DNA from: Eledone cirrhosa
Taxonomy: Eukaryota
Assembly: GCA_964016885.1 (NCBI GenBank)
Contig: OZ024741.1
Location: 363,506,001 to 363,570,000 of the forward strand
Direction of reading: 5' to 3'
Length of the DNA stretch: 64,000 nucleotides
In this document: positions 28,301 to 44,400 of the stretch, piece by piece
How positions within the stretch are numbered: the stretch's first letter is position 1
Layout: every line of letters starts with the position of its first letter
The notes under the pieces: model-generated
The model's input: only the letters and a program-made list of their open reading frames with translations
Database searches by the model: none
Told to the model about the DNA's origin: nothing
Translations under genes and position numbers: made by a program

Positions 28301-30725
28301 TTAAGAAGGTTATTTCACAATAACATAGATGGAGGTATAGCTGTGGTTAAGAAGGTTGTTTTACAATAACATAGATGTAGGTATAGCTGTGGTTAAGAAG
28401 GTTATTTCACAATAACATAGATGTAGGTATAGCTTGGGTTAAGAAGGTTGTTATACAATAACTTAGATGTAGGTATAGCTTGGGTTAAGAAGGTTGTTTT
28501 ACAATAACATAGATGTAGGTATAGCTGTGGTTAAGAAGGTTGTTTTACAAAAACATAGATGTAGGTATAGCTGTGGTTAAGAAGGTTGTTTTACAATAAC
28601 ATAGATGTAGGTATAGCTTGGGTTAAGAAGGTTGTTTTACAATAACATAGATGTATGTATAGCTGTGGTTAAGAAGGTTATTTCACAATAACCTAGATGT
28701 AGGTATAGCTGTGGTTAAGAAGGTTGTTTTACAATAACATAGATGTAGGTATAGCTGTGGTTAAGAAGACTATTTCACAATAACATATATGTAGGTATAG
28801 CTTGGGTTAAGAAGGTTGTTTCACAATAACATAGATGTAGGTATAGCTGTGGTTAAGAAGGTTATTTCACAATAACATTGATGTAGGTATAGCTGTGGTT
28901 AAGAAAGTTATTTCACAATAACATAGATGTAGGTATAGCTGTGGTTAAGAAGGTTATTTCACAATAACATTGATGTAAGTATAGCTGTGGTTAAGAAGAC
29001 TATTTCACAATAACATAGATGTAGGTATAGCTTGGGTTAAGAAGGTTGTTTGACAATAACCTAGATCTAGATATAGCTGTGGTTAAGAAGGTTATTTCAC
29101 AATAACATAGATGCAGGTATAGCTTGGGTTAAGAATGTTATTTCACAATAACATTGACGTAGGTATAGCTGTGGTTAAGAAGGTTATTTCACAATAACAT
29201 AGATGTAGGTATAGCTTGGGTTAAGAAGGTTATTTCACAATAACATAGATGTAGGTATAGCTTTGGTTAAGAAGGTTATTTCACAATAACATAGATGTAG
29301 GTATAGCTTGGTTAAGAAGGTTATTTCACAATAAAATAGATGTAGGTATAGCTTGGGTTAAGAAGGTTGTTTTACAATAACATAGATGTAGGTATAGCTG
29401 TGGTTAAGAAGACTATTTCACAATAACATAGATGTAGGTATAGCTTGGGTTAAGAAGGTTATTTCACAATAACATAGATGTAGGTATAGCTTGGGTTAAG
29501 AAGGTTGTTTTACAATAACATAGATGTAGGTATAGCTGTGGTTAAGAAGGTTATTTCACAATAACATAGATGTAGGTATAGCTTGGGTTAAGAAGACTAT
29601 TTCACAATAACATAGATGTAGGTATAGCTTGGGTTTAGAAGTTTGTTTCACTATAACATAGATGTAGGTATAGCTGTGGTTAAGAAGGTTGTTTTACAAT
29701 AACATAGATGTAGGTATAGCTGTGGTTAAGAAGGTTATTTCACAATAACATAGATGTAGGTATAGCTGTGGTTAAGAAGGTTATTTCACAATAACATTGA
29801 CGTAGGTATAGCTGTGGTTAAGAAGGTTATTTCACAATAACGTAGATGTAGGTATAGCTTGGGTTAAGAAGGTTGTTTCACAATAACATAGATGTAGGTA
29901 TAGCTGTGGTTAAGAAGGTTGTTTTACCATAACATAGATGTAGGTATAGCTTGGGTTAAGAAGGTTGTTTTACAATAAGATAGATGTAGGTATAGCTTGG
30001 GTTAAGAAGGTTATTTCACAATAACATAGACGTAGGTATAGCTGGGGTTAAGAAGGTTATTTCACAATAACATAGATGTAGGTATAACTGTGGTTAAGAA
30101 GACTATTTCACAATAACATATATGTAGGTATAGCTGTGGTTAAGAAGACTATTTCACAATAACATAGATGTAGGTATAGCTGTGGTTAAGAAGGCTATTT
30201 CACAATAACAAAGATGTAGGTATAGCTGTGGTTAAGAAGACTATTTCACAATAACATAGATGTAGGTATAGCTTGGGTTAAGAAGGTTATTTCACAATAA
30301 CATAGATGTAGGTATAGCTTGGGTTAAGAAGGTTATTTCACAATAAAATAGATGTAGGTATAGCTGTGGTTAAGAAGACTATTTCACAATAACATAGATG
30401 TAGGTATAGCTGTGGTTAAGAAGGTTATTTCACAATAACATAGATGTAGGTATAACTTGGGTTAAGAAGGTTATTTCACAATAACATAGATGTAGGTATA
30501 GCTGTGGTTGAGAAGGTTGTTTTACAATAACATAGATGTAGGTATAGCTGGGGTTAAGAAGGTTATTCCACAATAACATAGATGTAGGTATAGCTTGGGT
30601 TAAGAAGGTTATTTCACAATAACATAGATGTAGGTATAGCTGGGGTTAAGAAGGTTATTTCACAATAACATAGATGTAGGTATAGCTTGGGTTAAGAAGG
30701 TTGTTTTACAATAACATAGATGTAG

Positions 30726-33700
30726 GTATAGCTGTGGTTAAGAAGGTTGTTTTACAATAACATAGATGTAGGTATAGCTTGGGTTAAGAAGGTTATTTCA
30801 CAATAACATAGATGTAGGTATAGCTGTGGTTAAGAAGGTTATTCCACAATAACATAGATGTAGGTATAGCTTGGGTTAAGAAGGTTATTTCACAATAACA
30901 TAGATGTAGGTATAGCTGTGGTTAAGAAGGTTGTTTTACAATAAGATAGATGTAGGTATAGCTTGGGTTAAGAAGGTTATTTCACAATAACATAGACGTA
31001 GGTATAGCTTGGGTTAAGAAGGTTATTTCACAATAACATAGATGTAGGTATAGCTGTGGTTAAGAAGACTATTTCACAATAACATATATGTAGGTATAGC
31101 TGTGGTTAAGAAGACTATTTCACAATAACATAGATGTAGGTATAGCTGTGGTCAAGAAGACTATTTCACAATAACATAGATGTAGGTATAGCTTGGGTTA
31201 AGAAGGTTATTTCACAATAACATAGATGGAGGTATAGCTGTGGTTAAGAAGGTTGTTTTACAATAACATAGATGTAGCTATAGCTGTGGTTAAGAAGGTT
31301 GTTTCACAATAACATAGATGTAGGTATAGCTTGGGTTAAGAAGGTTATTTCACAATAACATAGAGGTAGGTATAGCTGTGGTTAAGAAGGTTGTTTCACA
31401 ATAACATAGATGTGGGTATAGTTGTGGTTAAGAAGACTATTTCACAATAACATAGATGTAGATATAGCTGTGGTTAAGAAGGTTGTTTTACAATAACATA
31501 GATGTAGGTATAGCTTGGGTTAAGAAGGTTGTTTCACAATAACATAGATGTAGGTATAGCTGTGGTTAAGAAGGTTGTTTTACAATAACATAGATGTAGG
31601 TATAGCTTGGGTTAAGAAGGTTGTTTTACAATAACATAGATGTAGGTATAGCTGGGGTTAAGAAGGTTATTTCACAATAACATAGATGTAGGTATAGCTT
31701 GGGTTAAGAAGGTTGTTTTACAATAACATAGATGTAGGTATAGCTGTGGTTAAGAAGGTTGTTATACAATAACATTGATGTAGGTATAGCTTGAGTTAAG
31801 AAGGTTATTTCACAATAACCTAGATGTAGGTATAGCTGTGGTTAAGAAGGTTGTTTTACAATAACATAGATGTAGGTATAGCTTGGGTTAAGAAGGTTAT
31901 TTCACGATAACATAGATGTAGGTATAGCTGTGGTTAAGAAGGTTATTTCACAATAACATAGATGTAGGTATAGCTTGGGTTAAGAAGGTTATTTCACAAT
32001 AACATAGATGTAGGTATAGCTTTGGTTAAGAAGGTTATTTCACAATAACATAGATGTAGGTATAGCTTGGGTTAAGAAGGTTATTTCACAATAAAATAGA
32101 TGTAGGTATAGCTTGGGTTAAGAAGGTTGTTTTACAATAACATAGATGTAGGTATAGCTGTGGTTAAGAAGACTATTTCACAATAACATAGATGTAGGTA
32201 TAGCTTGGGTTAAGAAGGTTATTTCACAATAACATAGATGTAGGTATAGCTGTGGTTAAGAAGGTTGTTTTACAATAACATAGATGTAGGTATAGCTTGG
32301 GTTAAGAAGGTTATTTCACAATAACATAGATGTAGGTATAGCTGTGGTTAAGAAGGTTATTCCACAATAACATAGATGTAGGTATAGCTTGGGTTAAGAA
32401 GGTTATTTCACAATAACATAGATGTAGGTATAGCTGTGGTTAAGAAGGTTGTTTTACAATAAGATAGATGTAGGTATAGCTTGGGTTAAGAAGGTTATTT
32501 CACAATAACATAGACGTAGGTATAGCTTGGGTTAAGAAGGTTATTTCACAATAACATAGATGTAGGTATAGCTGTGGTTAAGAAGACTATTTCACAATAA
32601 CATATATGTAGGTATAGCTGTGGTTAAGAAGACTATTTCACAATAACATAGATGTAGGTATAGCTGTGGTCAAGAAGACTATTTCACAATAACATAGATG
32701 TAGGTATAGCTTGGGTTAAGAAGGTTATTTCACAATAACATAGATGTAGGTATAGCTGTGGTTAAGAAGGTTGTTTTACAATAACATAGATGTAGCTATA
32801 GCTGTGGTTAAGAAGGTTGTTTCACAATGACATAGATGTAGGTATAGCTTGGGTTAAGAAGGTTATTTCACAATAACATAGAGGTAGGTATAGCTGTGGT
32901 TAAGAAGGTTGTTTCACAATAACATAGATGTGGGTATAGTTGTGGTTAAGAAGACTATTTCACAATAACATAGATGTAGATATAGCTGTGGTTAAGAAGG
33001 TTGTTTTACAATAACATAGATGTAGGTATAGCTTGGGTTAAGAAGGTTGTTTCACAATAACATAGATGTAGGTATAGCTGTGGTTAAGAAGGTTGTTTTA
33101 CAATAACATAGATGTAGGTATAGCTTGGGTTAAGAAGGTTGTTTTACAATAACATAGATGTAGGTATAGCTGGGGTTAAGAAGGTTATTTCACAATAACA
33201 TAGATGTAGGTATAGCTTGGGTTAAGAAGGTTGTTTTACAATAACATAGATGTAGGTATAGCTGTGGTTAAGAAGGTTGTTATACAATAACACTGATGTA
33301 GGTATAGCTTGAGTTAAGAAGGTTATTTCACAATAACCTAGATGTAGGTATAGCTGTGGTTAAGAAGGTTGTTTTACAATAACATAGATGTAGGTATAGC
33401 TTGGGTTAAGAAGGTTATTTCACGATAACATAGATGTAGGTATAGCTGTGGTTAAGAAGGTTATTTCACAATAACATAGATGTAGGTATAGCTTGGGTTA
33501 AGAAGGTTATTTCACAATAACATAGATGTAGGTATAGCTTTGGTTAAGAAGGTTATTTCACAATAACATAGATGTAGGTATAGCTTGGGTTAAGAAGGTT
33601 ATTTCACAATAAAATAGATGTAGGTATAGCTTGGGTTAAGAAGGTTGTTTTACAATAACATAGATGTAGGTATAGCTGTGGTTAAGAAGACTATTTCACA

Positions 33701-33761
33701 ATAACATAGATGTAGGTATAGCTTGGGTTAAGAAGGTTATTTCACAATAACATAGATGTAG
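30726..33761. repeat. Tandem duplication 30726-32243 / 32244-33761 (1518 bp = 33 units)
   Basis: gtcaagaagact 31151/32669 and the same order of gtagctatag, gaggtagg, gtgggtatagttg, cttgag, cacgat, ctttgg and aataaaatag variants. Confidence 0.9.
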
Positions 33762-36700
33762 GTATAGCTGTGGTTAAGAAGGTTATTCCACAAAAACATA
33801 GATGTAGGTATAGCTGTGGTTGAGAAGGTTATTTCACAATAACATAGATGTAGGTATAGCTGTGGTTAAGAAGGTTGTTTTACAATAACATAGATGTAGG
33901 TATAGCTTGGGTTAAGAAGGTTATTTCACAATAACATAGATGTAGGTATAGCTTGGGTTAAGAAGGTTGTTTTACAATAACATAGATGTAGGTATAGCTG
34001 GGGTTAAGAAGGTTATTTCACAATAACATAGATGTAGGTATAGCTTGGGTTAAGAAGGTTGTTTTACAATAACATAGATGTAGGTATAGCTGTGGTTAAG
34101 AAGGTTGTTATACAATAACATTGATGTAGGTATAGCTTGAGTTAAGAAGGTTATTTCACAATAACCTAGATGTAGGTATAGCTGTGGTTAAGAAGGTTGT
34201 TTTACAATAACATAGATGTAGGTATAGCTTGGGTTAAGAAGGTTATTTCACGATAACATAGATGTAGGTATAGCTTGGGTTAAGAAGGTTATTTCACAAT
34301 AACATAGATGTAGGTATAGCTTTGGTTAAGAAGGTTATTTCACAATAACATAAATGTAGGTATAGCTTGGGTTAAGAAGGTTATTTCACAATAAAATAGA
34401 TGTAGGTATAGCTTGGGTTAAGAAGGTTGTTTTACAATAACATAGATGTAGGTATAGCTGTGGTTAAGAAGACTATTTCACAATAACATAGATGTAGGTA
34501 TAGCTTGGGTTAAGAAGGTTATTTCACAATAACATAGATGTAGGTATAGCTGTGGTTAAGAAGGTGATTCCACAATAACATAGATGTAGGTATAGCTGTG
34601 GTTGAGAAGGTTACTTCACAATAACATAGATGTAGGTATAGCTGTGGTTAAGAAGGTTGTTTTACAATAACATAGATGTAGGTATAGCTTGGGTTAAGAA
34701 GGTTATTTCACAATAACATAGATGTAGGTATAGCTGTGGTTAAGAAGGTGATTCCACAATAACATAGATGTAGGTATAGCTGTGGTTGAGAAGGTTATTT
34801 CACAATAACATAGATGTAGGTATAGCTGTGGTTGAGAAGGTTGTTTTACAATAAGATAGATGTAGGTATAGCTTGGGTTAAGAAGGTTATTTCACAATAA
34901 CATAGACGTAGGTATAGCTTGGGTTAAGAAGGTTATTTCACAATAACATAGATGTAGGTATAGCTGTGGTTAAGAAGGTTGTTTCACTATAACATAGATG
35001 TAGGTATAGCTGTGGTTAAGAAGACTATTTCACAATAACATATATGTAGGTATAGCTGTGGTTAAGAAGACTATTTCACAATAACATAGATGTAGGTATA
35101 GCTGTGGTTAAGAAGGCTATTTCACAATAACAAAGATGTAGGTATAGCTGTGGTTAAGAAGACTATTTCACAATAACATAGATGTAGGTATAGCTTGGGT
35201 TAAGAAGGTTATTTCACAATAACATAGATGTAGGTATAGCTCGGGTTAAGAAGGTTGTTTTACAATAACATAGATGTAGCTATAGCTGTGGTTAAGAAGG
35301 TTGTTTCACAATAACATAGATGTAGGTATAGCTTGGGTTAAGAAGGTTATTTCACAATAACATAGAGGTAGGTATAGCTGTGGTTAAGAAGGTTATTTCA
35401 CAATAACATTGATGTAGGTATAGCTGTGGTTAAGAAGGTGATTCCACAATAACATAGATGTAGGTATAGCTGTGGTTGAGAAGGTTATTTCACAATAACA
35501 TAGATGTAGGTATAGCTGTGGTTAAGAAGGTTGTTTTACAATAACATAGATGTAGGTATAGCTTGGGTTAAGAAGGTTATTTCACAATAACATAGATGTA
35601 GGTATAGCTGTGGTTGAGAAGGTTGTTTTACAATAACATAGATGTAGGTATAGCTGGGGTTAAGAAGGTTATTTCACAATAACATAGATGTAGGTATAGC
35701 TTGGGTTAAGAAGGTTGTTTTACAATAACATAGATGTAGGTATAGCTGTGGTTAAGTAGGTTGTTTTACAATAACATAGATGTAGGTATAGCTTGGGTTA
35801 AGAAGGTTATTTCACAATAACATAGATGTAGGTATAGCTGTGGTTAAGAAGGTTATTCCACAATAACATAGATGTAGGTATAGCTGTGGTTAAGAAGGTT
35901 GTTATACAATAACACTGATGTAGGTATAGCTTGAGTTAAGAAGGTTATTTCACAATAACCTAGATGTAGGTATAGCTGTGGTTAAGAAGGTTGTTTTACA
36001 ATAACATAGATGTAGGTATAGCTTGGGTTAAGAAGGTTATTTCACGATAACATAGATGTAGGTATAGCTGTGGTTAAGAAGGTTATTTCACAATAACATA
36101 GATGTAGGTATAGCTTGGGTTAAGAAGGTTATTTCACAATAACATAGATGTAGGTATAGCTTTGGTTAAGAAGGTTATTTCACAATAACATAGATGTAGG
36201 TATAGCTTGGGTTAAGAAGGTTATTTCACAATAAAATAGATGTAGGTATAGCTTGGGTTAAGAAGGTTGTTTTACAATAACATAGATGTAGGTATAGCTG
36301 TGGTTAAGAAGACTATTTCACAATAACATAGATGTAGGTATAGCTTGGGTTAAGAAGGTTATTTCACAATAACATAGATGTAGGTATAGCTGTGGTTAAG
36401 AAGGTTATTCCACAAAAACATAGATGTAGGTATAGCTGTGGTTGAGAAGGTTATTTCACAATAACATAGATGTAGGTATAGCTGTGGTTAAGAAGGTTGT
36501 TTTACAATAACATAGATGTAGGTATAGCTTGGGTTAAGAAGGTTATTTCACAATAACATAGATGTAGGTATAGCTTGGGTTAAGAAGGTTGTTTTACAAT
36601 AACATAGATGTAGGTATAGCTGGGGTTAAGAAGGTTATTTCACAATAACATAGATGTAGGTATAGCTTGGGTTAAGAAGGTTGTTTTACAATAACATAGA

Positions 36701-38499
36701 TGTAGGTATAGCTGTGGTTAAGAAGGTTGTTATACAATAACATTGATGTAGGTATAGCTTGAGTTAAGAAGGTTATTTCACAATAACCTAGATGTAGGTA
36801 TAGCTGTGGTTAAGAAGGTTGTTTTACAATAACATAGATGTAGGCATAGCTTGGGTTAAGAAGGTTATTTCACGATAACATAGATGTAGGTATAGCTTGG
36901 GTTAAGAAGGTTATTTCACAATAACATAGATGTAGGTATAGCTTTGGTTAAGAAGGTTATTTCACAATAACATAAATGTAGGTATAGCTTGGGTTAAGAA
37001 GGTTATTTCACAATAAAATAGATGTAGGTATAGCTTGGGTTAAGAAGGTTGTTTTACAATAACATAGATGTAGGTATAGCTGTGGTTAAGAAGACTATTT
37101 CACAATAACATAGATGTAGGTATAGCTTGGGTTAAGAAGGTTATTTCACAATAACATAGATGTAGGTATAGCTGTGGTTAAGAAGGTGATTCCACAATAA
37201 CATAGATGTAGGTATAGCTGTGGTTGAGAAGGTTACTTCACAATAACATAGATGTAGGTATAGCTGTGGTTAAGAAGGTTGTTTTACAATAACATAGATG
37301 TAGGTATAGCTTGGGTTAAGAAGGTTATTTCACAATAACATAGATGTAGGTATAGCTGTGGTTAAGAAGGTGATTCCACAATAACATAGATGTAGGTATA
37401 GCTGTGGTTGAGAAGGTTATTTCACAATAACATAGATGTAGGTATAGCTGTGGTTGAGAAGGTTGTTTTACAATAAGATAGATGTAGGTATAGCTTGGGT
37501 TAAGAAGGTTATTTCACAATAACATAGACGTAGGTATAGCTTGGGTTAAGAAGGTTATTTCACAATAACATAGATGTAGGTATAGCTGTGGTTAAGAAGG
37601 TTGTTTCACTATAACATAGATGTAGGTATAGCTGTGGTTAAGAAGACTATTTCACAATAACATATATGTAGGTATAGCTGTGGTTAAGAAGACTATTTCA
37701 CAATAACATAGATGTAGGTATAGCTGTGGTTAAGAAGGCTATTTCACAATAACAAAGATGTAGGTATAGCTGTGGTTAAGAAGACTATTTCACAATAACA
37801 TAGATGTAGGTATAGCTTGGGTTAAGAAGGTTATTTCACAATAACATAGATGTAGGTATAGCTCGGGTTAAGAAGGTTGTTTTACAATAACATAGATGTA
37901 GCTATAGCTGTGGTTAAGAAGGTTGTTTCACAATAACATAGATGTAGGTATAGCTTGGGTTAAGAAGGTTATTTCACAATAACATAGAGGTAGGTATAGC
38001 TGTGGTTAAGAAGGTTATTTCACAATAACATTGATGTAGGTATAGCTGTGGTTAAGAAGGTGATTCCACAATAACATAGATGTAGGTATAGCTGTGGTTG
38101 AGAAGGTTATTTCACAATAACATAGATGTAGGTATAGCTGTGGTTAAGAAGGTTGTTTTACAATAACATAGATGTAGGTATAGCTTGGGTTAAGAAGGTT
38201 ATTTCACAATAACATAGATGTAGGTATAGCTGTGGTTGAGAAGGTTGTTTTACAATAACATAGATGTAGGTATAGCTGGGGTTAAGAAGGTTATTTCACA
38301 ATAACATAGATGTAGGTATAGCTTGGGTTAAGAAGGTTGTTTTACAATAACATAGATGTAGGTATAGCTGTGGTTAAGTAGGTTGTTTTACAATAACATA
38401 GATGTAGGTATAGCTTGGGTTAAGAAGGTTATTTCACAATAACATAGATGTAGGTATAGCTGTGGTTAAGAAGGTTATTCCACAATAACATAGATGTAG
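33256..38499. repeat. Tandem duplication 33256-35877 / 35878-38499 (2622 bp = 57 units)
   Basis: cactgatg 33291/35913 (the only two occurrences I saw), ttacttcac 34611/37233, and shared ccacaaaaac and cactataac variants. Confidence 0.92.
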
Positions 38500-41400
38500 G
38501 TATAGCTTGGGTTAAGAAGGTTATTTCACAATAACATAGATGTAGGTATAGCTGTGGTTAAGAAGGTTGGTTTACAATAAGATAGATGTAGGTATAGCTT
38601 GGGTTAAGAAGGTTATTTCACAATAACATAGACGTAGGTATAGCTGTGGTTAAGAAGACTATTTCACAATAACATATATGTAGGTATAGCTGTGGTTAAG
38701 AAGACTATTTCACAATAACATAGATGTAGGTATAGCTGTGGTTAAGAAGGCTATTTCACAATAACAAAGATGTAGGTACAGCTGTGGTTAAGAAGACTAT
38801 TTCACAATAACATAGATGTAGGTATAGCTTGGGTTAAGAAGGTTATTTCACAATAACATAGATGTAGGTATAGCTCGGGTTAAGAAGGTTGTTTTACAAT
38901 AACATAGATGTAGCTATAGCTGTGGTTAAGAAGGTTGTTTCACAATAACATAGAGGTAGGTATAGCTGTGGTTAAGAAGGTTGTTTCACAATAACATAGA
39001 TGTGGGTATAGTTGTGGTTAAGAAGACTATTTCACAATAACATAGATGTAGATATAGCTGTGTTTAAGAAGGTTGTTTTACAATAACATAGATGTAGATA
39101 TAGCTGTGGTTAAGAAGGTTGTTTAACAATAACATAGATGTAGGTATAGCTGTGGTTAAGAAGGTTGTTTTACAATAACATAGATGTAGGTATAGCTTGG
39201 GTTAAGAAGGTTGTTTTACAATAACATAGATGTAGGTATAGCTGGGGTTAAGAAGGTTATTTCACAATAACATAGATGTAGGTATAGCTTGGGTTAAGAA
39301 GGTTGTTTTACAATAACATAGATGTAGGTATAGCTGTGGTTAAGAAGGTTGTTATACAATAACATTGATGTAGGTATAGCTTGAGTTAAGAAGGTTATTT
39401 CACAATAACCTAGATGTAGGTATAGCTGTGGTTAAGAAGGTTGTTTTACAATAACATAGATGTAGGTATAGCTTGGGTTAAGAAGGTTATTTCACGATAA
39501 CATAGATGTAGGTATAGCTGTGGTTAAGAAGGTTATTTCACAATAACATAGATGTAGGTATAGCTTGGGTTAAGAAGGTTATTTCACAATAACATAGATG
39601 TAGGTATAGCTTTGGTTAAGAAGGTTATTTCACAATAACATAAATGTAGGTATAGCTTGGGTTAAGAAGGTTATTTCACAATAAAATAGATGTAGGTATA
39701 GCTTGGGTTAAGAAGGTTGTTTTACAATAACATAGATGTAGGTATAGCTGTGGTTAAGAAGACTATTTCACAATAACATAGATGTAGGTATAGCTTGGGT
39801 TAAGAAGGTTATTTCACAATAACATAGATGTAGGTATAGCTGTGGTTAAGAAGGTGATTCCACAATAACATAGATGTAGGTATAGCTGTGGTTGAGAAGG
39901 TTATTTCACAATAACATAGATGTAGGTATAGCTGTGGTTAAGAAGGTTGTTTTACAATAACATAGATGTAGGTATAGCTTGGGTTAAGAAGGTTATTTCA
40001 CAATAACATAGATGTAGGTATAGCTGTGGTTAAGAAGGTGATTCCACAATAACATAGATGTAGGTATAGCTGTGGTTGAGAAGGTTATTTCACAATAACA
40101 TAGATGTAGGTATAGCTGTGGTTGAGAAGGTTGTTTTACAATAAGATAGATGTAGGTATAGCTTGGGTTAAGAAGGTTATTTCACAATAACATAGACGTA
40201 GGTATAGCTTGGGTTAAGAAGGTTATTTCACAATAACATAGATGTAGGTATAGCTGTGGTTAAGAAGACTATTTCACAATAACATATATGTAGGTATAAC
40301 TGTGGTTAAGAAGACTATTTCACAATAACATAGATGTAGGTATAGCTGTGGTTAAGAAGGCTATTTCACAATAACAAAGATGTAGGTATAGCTGTGGTTA
40401 AGAAGACTATTTCACAATAACATAGATGTAGGTATAGCTTGGGTTAAGAAGGTTATTTCACAATAACATAGATGTAGGTATAGCTCGGGTTAAGAAGGTT
40501 GTTTTACAATAACATAGATGTAGCTATAGCTGTGGTTAAGAAGGTTGTTTCACAATAACATAGATGTGGGTATAGGTGTGGTTAAGAAGACTATTTCACA
40601 ATAACATAGATGTAGATATAGCTGTGGTTAAGAAGGTTGTTTTACAATAACATAGATGTAGGTATAGCTGTGGTTAAGAAGGTTGTTTAACAATAACATA
40701 GATGTAGGTATAGCTGTGGTTAAGAAGGTTGTTTTACAATAACATAGATGTAGGTATAGCTTGGGTTAAGAAGGTTGTTTTACAATAACATAGATGTAGG
40801 TATAGCTGGGGTTAAGAAGGTTATTTCACAATAACATAGATGTAGGTATAGCTTGGGTTAAGAAGGTTGTTTTACAATAACATAGATGTAGGTATAGCTG
40901 TGGTTAAGAAGGTTGTTATACAATAACATAGATGTAGGTATAGCTTGGGTTAAGAAGGTTATTTCACAATAACATAGATGTAGGTATAGCTTGGGTTAAG
41001 AAGGTTATTTCACAATAACATAGATGTAGGTATAGCTTTGGTTAAGAAGGTTATTTCACAATAACATAGATGTAGGTATAGCTTGGGTTAAGAAGGTTGT
41101 TTTACAATAACATAGATGTAGGTATAGCTGTGGTTAAGAAGACTATTTCACAATAACATAGATGTAGGTATAGCTGTGGTTAAGAAGACTATTTCACAAT
41201 AACATAGATGTAGGTATAGCTTGGGTTAAGAAGGTTATTTCACAATAACATAGATGTAGGTATAGCTGTGGTTAAGAAGGTTATTCCACAAAAACATAGA
41301 TGTAGGTATAGCTGTGGTTGAGAAGGTTATTTCACAATAACATAGATGTAGGTATAGCTGTGGTTAAGAAGGTTGTTTTACAATAACATAGATGTAGGTA

Positions 41401-44400
41401 TAGCTTGGGTTAAGAAGGTTATTTCACAATAACATAGATGTAGGTATAGCTTGGGTTAAGAAGGTTGTTTTACAATAACATAGATGTAGGTATAGCTGGG
41501 GTTAAGAAGGTTATTTCACAATAACATAGATGTAGGTATAGCTTGGGTTAAGAAGGTTGTTTTACAATAACAGATGTAGGTATAGCTGTGGTTAAGAAGG
41601 TTGTTATACAATAACATTGATGTAGGTATAGCTTGAGTTAAGAAGGTTATTTCACAATAACCTAGATGTAGGTATAGCTGTGGTTAAGAAGGTTGTTTTA
41701 CAATAACATAGATGTAGGTATAGCTTGGGTTAAGAAGGTTATTTCACGATAACATAGATGTAGGTATAGCTGTGGTTAAGAAGGTTATTCCACAAAAACA
41801 TAGATGTAGGTATAGCTGTGGTTGAGAAGGTTATTTCACAATAACATAGATGTAGGTATAGCTGTGGTTAAGAAGGTTGTTTTACAATAACATAGATGTA
41901 GGTATAGCTTGGGTTAAGAAGGTTATTTCACAATAACATAGATGTAGGTATAGCTTGGGTTAAGAAGGTTGTTTTACAATAACATAGATGTAGGTATAGC
42001 TGGGGTTAAGAAGGTTATTTCACAATAACATAGATGTAGGTATAGCTTGGGTTAAGAAGGTTGTTTTACAATAACATAGATGTAGGTATAGCTGTGGTTA
42101 AGAAGGTTGTTATACAATAACATTGATGTAGGTATAGCTTGAGTTAAGAAGGTTATTTCACAATAACCTAGATGTAGGTATAGCTGTGGTTAAGAAGGTT
42201 GTTTTACAATAACATAGATGTAGGCATAGCTTGGGTTAAGAAGGTTATTTCACGATAACATAGATGTAGGTATAGCTTGGGTTAAGAAGGTTATTTCACA
42301 ATAACATAGATGTAGGTATAGCTTTGGTTAAGAAGGTTATTTCACAATAACATAAATGTAGGTATAGCTTGGGTTAAGAAGGTTATTTCACAATAAAATA
42401 GATGTAGGTATAGCTTGGGTTAAGAAGGTTGTTTTACAATAACATAGATGTAGGTATAGCTGTGGTTAAGAAGACTATTTCACAATAACATAGATGTAGG
42501 TATAGCTTGGGTTAAGAAGGTTATTTCACAATAACATAGATGTAGGTATAGCTGTGGTTAAGAAGGTGATTCCACAATAACATAGATGTAGGTATAGCTG
42601 TGGTTGAGAAGGTTACTTCACAATAACATAGATGTAGGTATAGCTGTGGTTAAGAAGGTTGTTTTACAATAACATAGATGTAGGTATAGCTTGGGTTAAG
42701 AAGGTTATTTCACAATAACATAGATGTAGGTATAGCTGTGGTTAAGAAGGTGATTCCACAATAACATAGATGTAGGTATAGCTGTGGTTGAGAAGGTTAT
42801 TTCACAATAACATAGATGTAGGTATAGCTGTGGTTGAGAAGGTTGTTTTACAATAAGATAGATGTAGGTATAGCTTGGGTTAAGAAGGTTATTTCACAAT
42901 AACATAGACGTAGGTATAGCTTGGGTTAAGAAGGTTATTTCACAATAACATAGATGTAGGTATAGCTGTGGTTAAGAAGGTTGTTTCACTATAACATAGA
43001 TGTAGGTATAGCTGTGGTTAAGAAGACTATTTCACAATAACATATATGTAGGTATAGCTGTGGTTAAGAAGACTATTTCACAATAACATAGATGTAGGTA
43101 TAGCTGTGGTTAAGAAGGCTATTTCACAATAACAAAGATGTAGGTATAGCTGTGGTTAAGAAGACTATTTCACAATAACATAGATGTAGGTATAGCTTGG
43201 GTTAAGAAGGTTATTTCACAATAACATAGATGTAGGTATAGCTCGGGTTAAGAAGGTTGTTTTACAATAACATAGATGTAGCTATAGCTGTGGTTAAGAA
43301 GGTTGTTTCACAATAACATAGATGTAGGTATAGCTTGGGTTAAGAAGGTTATTTCACAATAACATAGAGGTAGGTATAGCTGTGGTTAAGAAGGTTATTT
43401 CACAATAACATTGATGTAGGTATAGCTGTGGTTAAGAAGGTGATTCCACAATAACATAGATGTAGGTATAGCTGTGGTTGAGAAGGTTATTTCACAATAA
43501 CATAGATGTAGGTATAGCTGTGGTTAAGAAGGTTGTTTTACAATAACATAGATGTAGGTATAGCTTGGGTTAAGAAGGTTATTTCACAATAACATAGATG
43601 TAGGTATAGCTGTGGTTGAGAAGGTTGTTTTACAATAACATAGATGTAGGTATAGCTGGGGTTAAGAAGGTTATTTCACAATAACATAGATGTAGGTATA
43701 GCTTGGGTTAAGAAGGTTGTTTTACAATAACATAGATGTAGGTATAGCTGTGGTTAAGTAGGTTGTTTTACAATAACATAGATGTAGGTATAGCTTGGGT
43801 TAAGAAGGTTATTTCACAATAACATAGATGTAGGTATAGCTGTGGTTAAGAAGGTTATTCCACAATAACATAGATGTAGGTATAGCTTGGGTTAAGAAGG
43901 TTATTTCACAATAACATAGATGTAGGTATAGCTGTGGTTAAGAAGGTTGGTTTACAATAAGATAGATGTAGGTATAGCTTGGGTTAAGAAGGTTATTTCA
44001 CAATAACATAGACGTAGGTATAGCTGTGGTTAAGAAGACTATTTCACAATAACATATATGTAGGTATAGCTGTGGTTAAGAAGACTATTTCACAATAACA
44101 TAGATGTAGGTATAGCTGTGGTTAAGAAGGCTATTTCACAATAACAAAGATGTAGGTACAGCTGTGGTTAAGAAGACTATTTCACAATAACATAGATGTA
44201 GGTATAGCTTGGGTTAAGAAGGTTATTTCACAATAACATAGATGTAGGTATAGCTCGGGTTAAGAAGGTTGTTTTACAATAACATAGATGTAGCTATAGC
44301 TGTGGTTAAGAAGGTTGTTTCACAATAACATAGAGGTAGGTATAGCTGTGGTTAAGAAGGTTGTTTCACAATAACATAGATGTGGGTATAGTTGTGGTTA